A DNA stretch of 25,806 nucleotides from a virus (IMGVR_UViG_3300009508_000053:1-25806), one strand, 5' to 3'; counted from the stretch's first letter, positions 7,869 to 16,980 are shown. A program made the numbers and translations. The notes: generated from the sequence alone by a model not told the origin.

Positions 7869-10304
7869 ATGGCTACATCATTAGGACAAGCTTATTCCAT
7901 TTTAGGGTCTGCTCAAGGAGCTGAGTTTAAAAGACGTAGAGAAGAAGAAAGAGATTACTACGCTACTCAAGAAAGAAAAGCTAGGCAGAATATGCTTCTT
8001 GGTTATCTTGTAAAGCCTATTGGTGAACAAATTGCTGCTGGTGTTTCTGATGTTATTGCAGCGCCTTTTAGAGATCCAATGAAAAAACTATTAGATAGTG
8101 AACAAGCTAGGTCGTTTAAATCTGATATAAATAAACTCAATAAATACAAAACATCATTAGTCGGTATACAGAAACAAATCACAGACAAACACAGCGGTGA
8201 TACTAATTCGTATGCTATTCAAAAAATTACGGAAGATAAAACTAGAGAAGTTTTTGCGGCTTACCAAGCTCAGTATTCTGGTCTTACTGATGCAGAAATA
8301 AGAGATAGTAAGACTGATATTGGTAATGCTTATAGAAAAGATTTAGCAGCTCACTTAAAAACTGTTAATGAAGAAGCCGCCGAATACGCTACTAATTTAA
8401 ATAACGCTTTTACGGCTGCTGCTAGTATGAGTACTTCAGCAGAAATAACAGAAACTTTAGAAAAAGTAACTCCTTATTCTAAGGGTATTGTTTCTAAAGC
8501 ATGGAACATGGGTTCTTCTTTGTTTCGTGGGGAGCCTATGCTTGGCGGCCCTTCTAAAGCTCGTAAAGAAGAGAGTTTACTTAAGGCACGTGAGATCCTT
8601 GACTTTACTACAGAAGAAGTAGAAACCTTAACTACTATTCTTGAAGCAGGCGCATCAAATCGCGCCTTTGAAGAGTCGCTAATAACAAAGTCTCTTAAAC
8701 AGGATATAAAAAATAGAACAGAATATTTTGACTTCTTAGATAATGAGTCACTATCTGAAGATGTTGCGGCTGGTAAATACAGTAATAATTTCAATATAAC
8801 TTTTAATAGCTTAATTAAAAATGGTACTACACCTACCTATAGAGAAGTTCGCAATAAAATGCAAGATAAATATGGCATTAATGCTGTTATGTCAGGCGAT
8901 GATATTAAAAACATACAAGATAAACTAGCTGCAACTAATTCTGAAATGGCCGCTACTAAAAAGAAATTTATAGTGGATGTTTATAACTCTACTGCATCAA
9001 CGCAAATTGATAGCATAGAAGAAGTGTCTTCTAGAATATTAAAACTACCTGCATATAAAGAGGCTGAAGCTCAATGGGACTTAATAAATAGGGCGGCAAC
9101 CAGAATGGCAGCTGATAGTGTTTTTAATGAATATGAAAGGTTAACTCCGCAGGAAAGAGAGGCCTATGTAGCAAACACCTCTAGAGAAGCTCAGATAGAA
9201 ATGGTAGAAAAAAGAACTGTGTTCATTATTCAAAACTCATTAGAAACAAAAGCAGAGACAGAAACTAACCTTTTTAGCTCTGATGTTACTACAAATAAAT
9301 TTACAGGATTTTTAAAGTTTGACAAAGAGGCATTTGATGCTTCTAAGCAAGGTCAGCCAGCAACTACACCGCCTTCTACTACGACTGAACTGTTACCTTT
9401 TTCATCAGTAGAAGATATTTTAAAAGAAAAATATCTTGAAGACCCAGACGCCTTTTTTCCTAAAGTAGTGGCTACGATGAGACAAGATAATAAGGTTGCT
9501 ATACCTGATGATGATACGTTGTTATTAATGGCAAGAAAGTGGAAATCAGGGATTAACGAAATGCCGTCTGAACCTGCATCCACTGTTGGAAGAGAGGTAG
9601 GAGCTGCTGCAATACCACAGGTTCTAAGCACTTTAAAAGATTTATTACCGGGAGTTAGCAGTCTTTCACTAGGACAGACGCCATCTGAATTTTCAAGTCA
9701 AAATAAAAAACTAGCAAAAGTTACAGGTACGCCTCCGTCAATGACAGCAACTACAGACAGAGCAGGGCAGCAGCAGCTTTTAGAAAACATAAGACCTAGA
9801 GGTGTAGAAACTACAATCGAGCCTGAGCCTAGAGAGCGGGAGCGTTCCTTGCTAGAGCTGCCTGTAGAACCGAAAGAAACTCCACTTACGGTAGACACAA
9901 AAGATAGAAAAGCTGAGCCTGTTAATGAAGAAATTACTATGGCTTTAGCAGGTACTGATGCTCCAGACGTTGATAAAGTTAAAGAGTATTTAGATAAAAC
10001 AAAAACAAAAGTAACCGAAGATGTACTTAGTGATTTAATTAAAACGTCACAATATGATCCTGATGTAATTGAATTACTACGTGAAAGATATAACTACGTG
10101 CCAAAAGGTTTAAGTTTACGTGGATATCCGCAATTTAATCCTGCTGGTTCTATTGAAGATAAAGTTAAATTTATGCTTTCTTTAGGCAGAGGAAAAACTG
10201 AAGATTTTATGATTGATTTACAGCGATCTAAAATAATGAGTGAGGATGATTTAAAACTTATGACAGAATCTTATCTTAACAGATTAAAACAGGGTAATAC
10301 TTAA
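7869..10304 (+). CDS. Putative internal virion protein (811 aa)
   Basis: AGGAG SD inside the upstream gene; abuts the upstream stop. Helical and charged with a P/T/E-rich low-complexity C-terminal part. No catalytic motif recognised. Confidence 0.6.
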   Translation: MATSLGQAYSILGSAQGAEFKRRREEERDYYATQERKARQNMLLGYLVKPIGEQIAAGVSDVIAAPFRDPMKKLLDSEQARSFKSDINKLNKYKTSLVGIQKQITDKHSGDTNSYAIQKITEDKTREVFAAYQAQYSGLTDAEIRDSKTDIGNAYRKDLAAHLKTVNEEAAEYATNLNNAFTAAASMSTSAEITETLEKVTPYSKGIVSKAWNMGSSLFRGEPMLGGPSKARKEESLLKAREILDFTTEEVETLTTILEAGASNRAFEESLITKSLKQDIKNRTEYFDFLDNESLSEDVAAGKYSNNFNITFNSLIKNGTTPTYREVRNKMQDKYGINAVMSGDDIKNIQDKLAATNSEMAATKKKFIVDVYNSTASTQIDSIEEVSSRILKLPAYKEAEAQWDLINRAATRMAADSVFNEYERLTPQEREAYVANTSREAQIEMVEKRTVFIIQNSLETKAETETNLFSSDVTTNKFTGFLKFDKEAFDASKQGQPATTPPSTTTELLPFSSVEDILKEKYLEDPDAFFPKVVATMRQDNKVAIPDDDTLLLMARKWKSGINEMPSEPASTVGREVGAAAIPQVLSTLKDLLPGVSSLSLGQTPSEFSSQNKKLAKVTGTPPSMTATTDRAGQQQLLENIRPRGVETTIEPEPRERERSLLELPVEPKETPLTVDTKDRKAEPVNEEITMALAGTDAPDVDKVKEYLDKTKTKVTEDVLSDLIKTSQYDPDVIELLRERYNYVPKGLSLRGYPQFNPAGSIEDKVKFMLSLGRGKTEDFMIDLQRSKIMSEDDLKLMTESYLNRLKQGNT

Positions 10305-10305
10305 T

Positions 10306-13300
10306 ATGGAAAATATTAACGCTCTTACAGAAGATCCTTTGAAAACTCCAGAAGATGTTCCGCTTACTATTGAGCCTATAGAGACTAAAGAGAAAGAATT
10401 CGATACTAGAAGTTTTTTAGATAAACTATATGCTGATGCTGCTGAATCTGTTGCTGTAGCAAAAGCTGTGGCTGTTGAAGAAACTCCCACAGATAGACAG
10501 ATTGCATATGGTATTGCTCAAGAAACTACTTTAATTGGTAATGCTCTTAGGTATGGACAAGCTTTAGTTGATTCGTATACCTATGATGCTTCTTTTGCTG
10601 ATGCGTTAAAAGTGGGAGAATACGAAAGGCAGACAGGCATAGCTAAAGAGTTTCCTGAGTATAAGTATCTAACTGAAGAAGAAGAATCAATGACAATGTT
10701 GGGTGGTAGATTAGGTGTTGCTTTAGTAGACCCTGCTACTATACTTGTACCGTGGATAAAAATTGCTAAAGCGGGGAAGGTTTCTTCTGTAGCTATAAAC
10801 GCCTCTATTGCAGCTGTAGATTCTGCTACTCGCGATAAGCTTATTCATGGTGAAGTTAATCTTGTTAATTTAGGTGCTAGTACTGTATTAGGGGGTCTTG
10901 GTGGTTTAGCATCAGCAGCTATCTATGGTAAAAAAGGAGCTGACTCTTTAGCAGAAATTGCTGAAGATACAGAAGCTATTGCTAGAGTACCTGTAGTAAG
11001 TGATGAAATAACACCTACTATTTTAACAGAGTCAGAAGTTGTGACTATTGCAGAGTCGGCACAAAATCTCTTCACTCACAGTGATATAATTAAACTTATA
11101 CCAGAGGTTTCGGCTACAGGTACAAATCTTACTTTAAGAGCTGAACCTATAAATCAGATGAAAGCTATACTTACTGATATGCGGGCATTACTTAAGGCAG
11201 CTGATCGTAAAAAAATAATTTCTTCTTTACAAAAAGAAGAGTATAAAAAACTAGAAATATTAACAGATCCTACAAGTAAATTGGCAAAGAGTTCGGAAGA
11301 AAAACTGTTAACTGAGGCTGATACTTTAGCTGCGAGATTAAAAATACTTAGAGAAGCACCTAAAAGACCAACTCCTTCTTATAAAAATGATATTAAAATT
11401 CAAATTAAAGCTTTAGAAGATAAAATAGAAGAGGCTACTACTAAATTATATAGTAATCATATAGATAAAGCCACTGCTTCAGCAGATATGGCAGTTGATA
11501 TCGCAGAGGATTTAGCAGCCAAAGGTAAACTTACTGATAACATATTAGCTGGTTTAATTTCGGAGGCTACTAGACCGCTTATCGGCGGTGTTGGTGGTTT
11601 TGCAACAGGAGCTACATTAGGTGATGACGACGATGATGCTATGCTGGCAACTCTAGTCGGTCTGGGGGTAGGTGCTGGAGTACTATCTAAAAGATTAAAT
11701 AAATTAAAAATAACTGGCTTTGATTTAGAAAATGTTAAAATGACAGTGGCTGAAACTGGTCGCAATTCTTTGCTGGCGACTACAAAAATATTATCTGCTG
11801 GTACAACAGCCACTAAGCTAGATGCTTATGGAGGCTGGGCAAAGATTATAGGTAATTTATTATTACAAAAACCGGGAGCCGCTACTAATGCCGTAGAAAC
11901 CACATACGCTTCTGATGTTTCTAAATACATGAATAAAGTTGTTAATGTTTTTGGTGATTCGTATAACAACAAATCTGTTAAAGAAGTAGTTACTGCTGTA
12001 ACGCGAGGTTGGGTATCAGCCGACTCTTTAACTGTAGGTTATAAAGGTATAAATAACGGCTTGAAGAAGGGATTAACAGCTGAAGACATTGATGAAGTAC
12101 GTAGGATAGCCCCTGCTATTACAGCAGAACAAAATATACTTAAGCAAAGTATGCGGGATGCCGGTATTAATTTTAGTGACATTGATAACTACGGTATGGC
12201 ACAGCTTTGGAACTTTAAAAATATTATGAAAGGAGGTATTGACAAGTTTCAGGAGGATGCTATTCAGGCTTTTACTATACAAGATCAAAATAGGGTAGCG
12301 GCTGGTGTGTTAGAAACAATGACAAGCCCAAAAGCTCTCGAAGAAAAAGCTATAGATTTTGTTAATAAGATACGAGGTATAAAGACAAAAGCTGACGAAG
12401 ACAGTATAGTTCATAGAGGAGTATTTAACAAAGATGGTTCTTTTATTCCTCTTACCGATCATTTTGAAAGGAAGCGGGTAATCACTGATGTAGAAGCTAC
12501 TAGCTTCATGGCTCAAAAAGGCTGGTTGACTCTAGACCCTATTGAAATATCAGCTAAGTATGCTGATAAAAGTATTAAGGTAAGGAACTTTGCTAATGTT
12601 TTTGGGGCTAAGGGTGAGCTTATTACTAGGGCTTTTTCTGATATTGAAAAGACTCTTGGGGGTAAGGGTAAGACGGGTGCAGAGATTGCTTTTAAAAAGA
12701 AATATGAGGATCAACTTAAAAGCTCTTTAAACGCTTTCTGGGGTGTACATGGCTCAGCGGATAAGTACGGTAAGTTAGGTTCTGTAATAGGGGCTACATT
12801 CACCACGTTAGCTAATGTTACCTACTTGCCCAGAGTAGTAGTATCATCTCTTGGTGATTTAATACAGCCAATACAAAATAGTGGTGTATTCAGTGCTATT
12901 AAATCTTCTAAATCTATTGTTCCCGGCGTAAAGAGTTTTGCCTCTAGAGCAGGTTTTCAGTACGACAAATCTTGGGAAAGAGAATTACAGGCTGTACAGA
13001 CACAAGGAGCTGATCCACTCAGTACTATACACAACAACCTAGCTACTATAAACAAAAGATTTTTCCAAGCGGTATTGCTATCTACACTTACTAAAGCTGC
13101 TCGAACATTCGCATATGATGCAGGTATTTATAGAACTTTTGATATAGCCAAGAAAATTGAAAAGTCTAAAGGTAGAATATCTAAAAGCCTTCAAACAGAA
13201 ATGAACGGTCTTGGTATAGATAAAGATCAGTTGTCGGTTATTTCAAAATTTAAAAATGCAGAAGAAGCTTTTTCTGATGAAAACGCTAATGTCTTTTTAG

Positions 13301-15747
13301 ACATGGCGGGACGTAGAAGTGCTGATAGAGATGCTATTGTACCTATAGTAGGTAATCGATTACTTTTTACACAGTCTAACGATCCTTTTGTTAAAGCTAC
13401 TGGTCAGTTCCTGTCTTGGGCGCAGGCGAAATCAGCACAAAGTAATTACTTAATAGAGCGTTTAGAAGACGGTGATGCAAAGCAGGCTGTTAGAATGTTA
13501 ACTGGTGCTGTTGTCTACGCAGGTGTAGGATGGCTTAAAGAGTGGTCAAAGCCTAACTACGATGAGTATAACCCGGACAACTTAGAGCCTGTTAGCGTTA
13601 AAGGTATTCAGCGTGGTTTGGCGATATCAGGTAACTTCTTACCGTGGCAAGTAGATAAAATAGTTAATACTCTTTCAACACCTGATTATAGGCCTGTAAC
13701 CAGTAATATAGCCCCGGCACTTAATATAATTGATGATTTATGGAGAGCAACTAAAAGGGTATCTGAAGATCCAACACGTTTAAAAAACTTACCTGTTATA
13801 AATGAGTTAACTAGCTACTACGAAAGAATGAATAGGGCTGCTGGTGGTGTGGTAAACGTGCCTCAAGCCCCTAAAGAGCCTGATCAACGTATAGATAAGA
13901 TGACAGGTCTTCCTTATGATGTTCAAGCTGGTGATGCTTTTATAGATAACGAAGATCCTTTGAGGCGTCTAGGCTTTAAAGGCGGTGGTGTTGTTATAGA
14001 TCCTTTGAAGCGTATGGGATTTGGTATAGGTGGAGCTGTTGTTAAGCTAGGTAAAACAGCCTTAAAATCTTTAGATGACGATGTTATTGCCCCTGTACTT
14101 ACTGGGCCTTTAAAAACTACTGATGAACTTATTGAAGAAGGTAAGAAGCTATCTAACGATGTATTAAATAATCTAGACGAGGCTCTACTAGCTAACAGTG
14201 CTTCTAGAACAACGCAAAGAGCTAACACAGTAGGTACAGCCACTAAAGCATCTTCTTATTTGGATTCGTTAGGGGCTACAGGGCGGTCTTTGGATTACGG
14301 GGCAGGTAAAGGTTTAAATGCACAGACTAATAAAATAGATGATACTTTTGAGCCTTTCCCTGACGAAAGCTTTATACCTACATTTAAAAATCCTACAGAA
14401 GTACCTGAAAATACATATGGCAAAATTATAAGTACTAATGTTATTAACGTACTACCACCAGACCTTAGAAAAGAAGCTATTATGAATATAGGTAAAGCTT
14501 TAAAAGTTGGTGGCAAGGCTCTAATACAGACATGGGATGCTGGTGCGGCTAAAAAAGGTATGGCTTCTAAAAAAGCTAAAGTAGTTACAGAAGAGCCTTT
14601 AGCTTATACCACATCTACTGGCTCTTATCAGAAAGGTTTTACTATAGGCGAGCTTAAAAAGTATGTTGAAGACACATTAGGAAAATCTTTTGAGGTTTCG
14701 ACTGTCCCTAATAAGCAGGGTATAAGTGGTGTTTCTGTAGTAATAAGTAAAAATACAGATGATGTTGAGATGTCTTCAAGTTCTTCTGCTATTTTTGGTT
14801 TCGGTAAAAAACCGAAGGCTCCTATGGTTGAAAAGACAGCCGAAGAGGTTGTTGTAGAACCAGTTGCTCCAAGCTTTGAAAAGGTAGCAGATGATTTAGT
14901 GCTTAACACAGAAGGTAAATCTTTAGCGGATGTCACTCGTTACGTTGGCTTTAAGGGTTTAGAGGCTGGTAAAGAAGACTATAAGATAATAGCCGATAAA
15001 GTAGCTAATCAATTAAACGCTTTAGAAAAAGAAGGCTTTTCTTTTGACTATCAAATAGCAAGACTTAAGAGTGGCTCTAGCACAGCATTAGAAAAACCAG
15101 CACCTACGGCGTTAGTTCGCGGAGGATCAGCCGGTGTAGCTAATTTCTCTGGTGTAGATAAAAAGGTATCTGTTTTTATAAATGACATAACCCCTAGAGA
15201 TTCTTTAGCTAATGGTATGAATCCACAGACAATCTTACATGAATCTGTACACGCAGCCACAATGGCTAGTATACGGGTAGGTAACTTAGCATCTCAGAAA
15301 GGGACTAAACTACATAAAGATGTACAGGATCTATACTCTTTATTCAACTACGTGATTGGTGATTTTAATAAGAAAGCTAAAGATCCTACTAGTTTAAGTG
15401 AGTATGAAACTAAGCTTTTCAGGCGTATGAATAACTCTATGGCAAATGTAGATGAGATTGTAGCTTGGGGTTTAACTAACCCTGATATGCAGAAGTATTT
15501 AGAGACTATTAAATATGGTGATACTAATGCTTGGACGGCTTTTGTTCAAAGAATAAGAACCATGTTAGGCATGTCTGCACAGGAAGACACGGCGCTTTCT
15601 GAGTTGTTACGGGTTTCTGATGAACTTTTAAATGCAGATGTAAAGCAAGTAGCTTCTGTTGTGGAAAGCACTACTTCTAAAAGGGTCAAGAATAACGAGG
15701 GTGGTTTAGTTTTAAAATCATTAAAGAGGAAGACTAATAATGTATAA
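10306..15747 (+). CDS. Very large putative internal virion/ejection protein (1813 aa) with C-terminal SAM-dependent methyltransferase and HExxH metallopeptidase domains (polyvalent protein)
   Basis: Last and largest gene before the lysis module, in the position of T7 gp16. Gly-rich hydrophobic hairpins (LIGGVGGFATGATLG-DDDDD-AMLATLVGLGVGAGVL), SAM motif LDYGAGKG at about aa 1329-1336, and HESVH at aa 1645-1649. Confidence 0.75.
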   Translation: MENINALTEDPLKTPEDVPLTIEPIETKEKEFDTRSFLDKLYADAAESVAVAKAVAVEETPTDRQIAYGIAQETTLIGNALRYGQALVDSYTYDASFADALKVGEYERQTGIAKEFPEYKYLTEEEESMTMLGGRLGVALVDPATILVPWIKIAKAGKVSSVAINASIAAVDSATRDKLIHGEVNLVNLGASTVLGGLGGLASAAIYGKKGADSLAEIAEDTEAIARVPVVSDEITPTILTESEVVTIAESAQNLFTHSDIIKLIPEVSATGTNLTLRAEPINQMKAILTDMRALLKAADRKKIISSLQKEEYKKLEILTDPTSKLAKSSEEKLLTEADTLAARLKILREAPKRPTPSYKNDIKIQIKALEDKIEEATTKLYSNHIDKATASADMAVDIAEDLAAKGKLTDNILAGLISEATRPLIGGVGGFATGATLGDDDDDAMLATLVGLGVGAGVLSKRLNKLKITGFDLENVKMTVAETGRNSLLATTKILSAGTTATKLDAYGGWAKIIGNLLLQKPGAATNAVETTYASDVSKYMNKVVNVFGDSYNNKSVKEVVTAVTRGWVSADSLTVGYKGINNGLKKGLTAEDIDEVRRIAPAITAEQNILKQSMRDAGINFSDIDNYGMAQLWNFKNIMKGGIDKFQEDAIQAFTIQDQNRVAAGVLETMTSPKALEEKAIDFVNKIRGIKTKADEDSIVHRGVFNKDGSFIPLTDHFERKRVITDVEATSFMAQKGWLTLDPIEISAKYADKSIKVRNFANVFGAKGELITRAFSDIEKTLGGKGKTGAEIAFKKKYEDQLKSSLNAFWGVHGSADKYGKLGSVIGATFTTLANVTYLPRVVVSSLGDLIQPIQNSGVFSAIKSSKSIVPGVKSFASRAGFQYDKSWERELQAVQTQGADPLSTIHNNLATINKRFFQAVLLSTLTKAARTFAYDAGIYRTFDIAKKIEKSKGRISKSLQTEMNGLGIDKDQLSVISKFKNAEEAFSDENANVFLDMAGRRSADRDAIVPIVGNRLLFTQSNDPFVKATGQFLSWAQAKSAQSNYLIERLEDGDAKQAVRMLTGAVVYAGVGWLKEWSKPNYDEYNPDNLEPVSVKGIQRGLAISGNFLPWQVDKIVNTLSTPDYRPVTSNIAPALNIIDDLWRATKRVSEDPTRLKNLPVINELTSYYERMNRAAGGVVNVPQAPKEPDQRIDKMTGLPYDVQAGDAFIDNEDPLRRLGFKGGGVVIDPLKRMGFGIGGAVVKLGKTALKSLDDDVIAPVLTGPLKTTDELIEEGKKLSNDVLNNLDEALLANSASRTTQRANTVGTATKASSYLDSLGATGRSLDYGAGKGLNAQTNKIDDTFEPFPDESFIPTFKNPTEVPENTYGKIISTNVINVLPPDLRKEAIMNIGKALKVGGKALIQTWDAGAAKKGMASKKAKVVTEEPLAYTTSTGSYQKGFTIGELKKYVEDTLGKSFEVSTVPNKQGISGVSVVISKNTDDVEMSSSSSAIFGFGKKPKAPMVEKTAEEVVVEPVAPSFEKVADDLVLNTEGKSLADVTRYVGFKGLEAGKEDYKIIADKVANQLNALEKEGFSFDYQIARLKSGSSTALEKPAPTALVRGGSAGVANFSGVDKKVSVFINDITPRDSLANGMNPQTILHESVHAATMASIRVGNLASQKGTKLHKDVQDLYSLFNYVIGDFNKKAKDPTSLSEYETKLFRRMNNSMANVDEIVAWGLTNPDMQKYLETIKYGDTNAWTAFVQRIRTMLGMSAQEDTALSELLRVSDELLNADVKQVASVVESTTSKRVKNNEGGLVLKSLKRKTNNV
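13954..14043 (+). repeat. Degenerate 45-bp (15-aa) tandem duplication within the 1813-aa gene
   Basis: gatcctttgaggcgtctaggcttt... and gatcctttgaagcgtatgggattt..., encoding DPLRRLGFKGGGVVI and DPLKRMGFGIGGAVV. Confidence 0.85.
14206..14751 (+). other. Class I SAM-dependent methyltransferase domain within the 1813-aa protein (boundaries approximate)
   Basis: Motif I RSLDYGAGKG, acidic residue after beta2 (TFEPF), then YGKIISTNVINVL, ALKVGGKALIQTW and GSYQKGFTIGELKKYV, in the expected Rossmann order. Confidence 0.8.
14905..15630 (+). other. Zincin-like metallopeptidase domain within the 1813-aa protein (boundaries approximate)
   Basis: QTILHESVHAAT (HExxH at 15238-15252), a distal Glu in NVDEIVAWGLTN, and a closing amphipathic helix AWTAFVQRIRTMLG. 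Confidence 0.75.
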
Positions 15748-16111
15748 GTATTTTACTGCCGAAGAACTAGCCTGTCAACACTGTGGCGAAGAGGGCATGA
15801 ACAAAGACTTCATGTCTAAGATAGAGTTTTTACGTGAAGCTTTGGGCTTTCCTTTTGTTGTTACCTCCGCTTATCGCTGTAAAGATCATCCTATTGAAGC
15901 TAAGAAAACAGCAGGGCCGGGCGCTCACTCATCAGGCAGGGCAATAGATATTGCTGTCAGAGGGGAACAGGCTCACAAGCTTCTTAAGAAAGCTTTTAGC
16001 ATGGGTATAGGTGGTATAGGTGTTAATCAAAAAGGATCTAGTCGCTTCATACACCTAGATGATCTTGATAAGACTGATAATCATACACGCCCTTGGGTAT
16101 GGAGCTACTAA
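15740..16111 (+). CDS. Endolysin, peptidase M15 family (Zn D-Ala-D-Ala peptidase-like)
   Basis: YFTAEELACQHCG, PFVVTSAYRC, HSSGRAIDI (H-x6-D) and FIHLD Zn-ligand motifs. GAGG SD; adjacent to a holin. Confidence 0.9.
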   Translation: MYKYFTAEELACQHCGEEGMNKDFMSKIEFLREALGFPFVVTSAYRCKDHPIEAKKTAGPGAHSSGRAIDIAVRGEQAHKLLKKAFSMGIGGIGVNQKGSSRFIHLDDLDKTDNHTRPWVWSY

Positions 16112-16112
16112 T

Positions 16113-16505
16113 ATGGCTCTCTTAGACTCTCTCATAGGGCCAGTAACAGGCTTATTAGATAAGTTCATTGAGGATAAGGATCAGAAGAGTGCTTTGGCGC
16201 ATGAAATTGCAACAATGTCACAGAAATATGCGCAGGAAAGTGCATTGGCTCAGATAGCAGTGAATAAGATTGAGGCTGCTAGTCCTTCTTTGTTTACATC
16301 TGGCTGGCGTCCTGCTATGGGGTGGGTATGCGTATTGGGTATGGCAGGTAACTTTCTTGTTATACCTTTTGCAAACTTTATAATAACTCTATCAATGGAG
16401 ATTCCTATCACAGTACCTTTGATACCTTTAGATACAATGATGCCTGTACTACTAGGGATGCTTGGTCTTGGTGGGCTTAGGACATTTGAAAAGACAAGGA
16501 AATAG
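16113..16505 (+). CDS. Holin, 3TM (GTA-holin-like) family, 130 aa
   Basis: LIGPVTGLLDKFIEDKDQK...FTSGWRPAMGWVC...LLGMLGLGGLRTFEK signature. Start moved from 16059 to the ATG at 16113, which has a GGAG SD and lies 1 nt after the endolysin stop. Confidence 0.82.
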   Translation: MALLDSLIGPVTGLLDKFIEDKDQKSALAHEIATMSQKYAQESALAQIAVNKIEAASPSLFTSGWRPAMGWVCVLGMAGNFLVIPFANFIITLSMEIPITVPLIPLDTMMPVLLGMLGLGGLRTFEKTRK

Positions 16506-16506
16506 A

Positions 16507-16665
16507 ATGACAGCTTTGGAGTTTATTAACACTGCTTGGCCTGTGGCTGTAGGGTTTGTAACACTGGTCATTGTACTTGCTAAAATGCACAACGATATAG
16601 AGACACTGAAAGAAAAAGTGCGTGTTATATTTGAACTATGGAACAAACGAGGAGATGATAAATAA
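16507..16665 (+). CDS. Small single-TM plus coiled-coil protein (52 aa), possible lysis accessory
   Basis: MTALEFINTAWPVAVGFVTLVIVLAKMHNDIETLKEKVRVIFELWNKRGDDK. AAGGA SD; ATG 1 nt after the holin stop. Confidence 0.65.
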   Translation: MTALEFINTAWPVAVGFVTLVIVLAKMHNDIETLKEKVRVIFELWNKRGDDK

Positions 16666-16949
16666 TGAAGAAAGATCCCAGACTTGATAGGGCAGGTGTG
16701 AGTGGTTTTAACAAACCTAAGAGAACTCCAGACCACCCTAAGAAGAGCCACGTAGTTGTAGCTAAGGAAGGCGATAAGGTCAAGACCATACGCTTCGGAG
16801 AACAAGGCGCATCAACAGCAGGTAAACCTAAAGCAGGTGAGTCTGAGGCGATGAAGAAGAAGAGAGCATCTTTTAAAGCTCGTCACGGTGAGAATATTAA
16901 GAAGGGTAAGATGTCAGCAGCTTACTGGGCTGACAGGGAGAAGTGGTAA
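16665..16949 (+). CDS. Small Lys-rich conserved phage protein (94 aa)
   Basis: GAGGAG SD and TAATG coupling. Motifs NKPKRTPDHPKKSHVV, IRFGEQG, SFKARH and SAAYWA are typical of a widespread uncharacterised phage family. Confidence 0.75.
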   Translation: MKKDPRLDRAGVSGFNKPKRTPDHPKKSHVVVAKEGDKVKTIRFGEQGASTAGKPKAGESEAMKKKRASFKARHGENIKKGKMSAAYWADREKW

Positions 16950-16950
16950 T

Positions 16951-16980
16951 GCGAGTCCCAAGCTATCTCGCTTTATGGGG
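16951..16980. terminator. Weak candidate terminator between the convergent arms
   Basis: GCGAG-(11 nt)-CTCGC followed by TTTAT, or alternatively CCCAAGC-tatctc-GCTT-ta-TGGG, in the 40-bp gap between convergent stop codons. No long U tract. Confidence 0.3.

Noticed and set aside
356-15260. Numerous minus-strand ORFs of 60-122 aa opposite the structural genes
   Set aside because: Antisense shadows of long + strand genes with biased codon use; no motifs recognised.
16059-16506. Track starts at 16059 and 16462
   Set aside because: They extend into upstream genes; the ATGs at 16113 and 16507 have SDs and abut the upstream stops.
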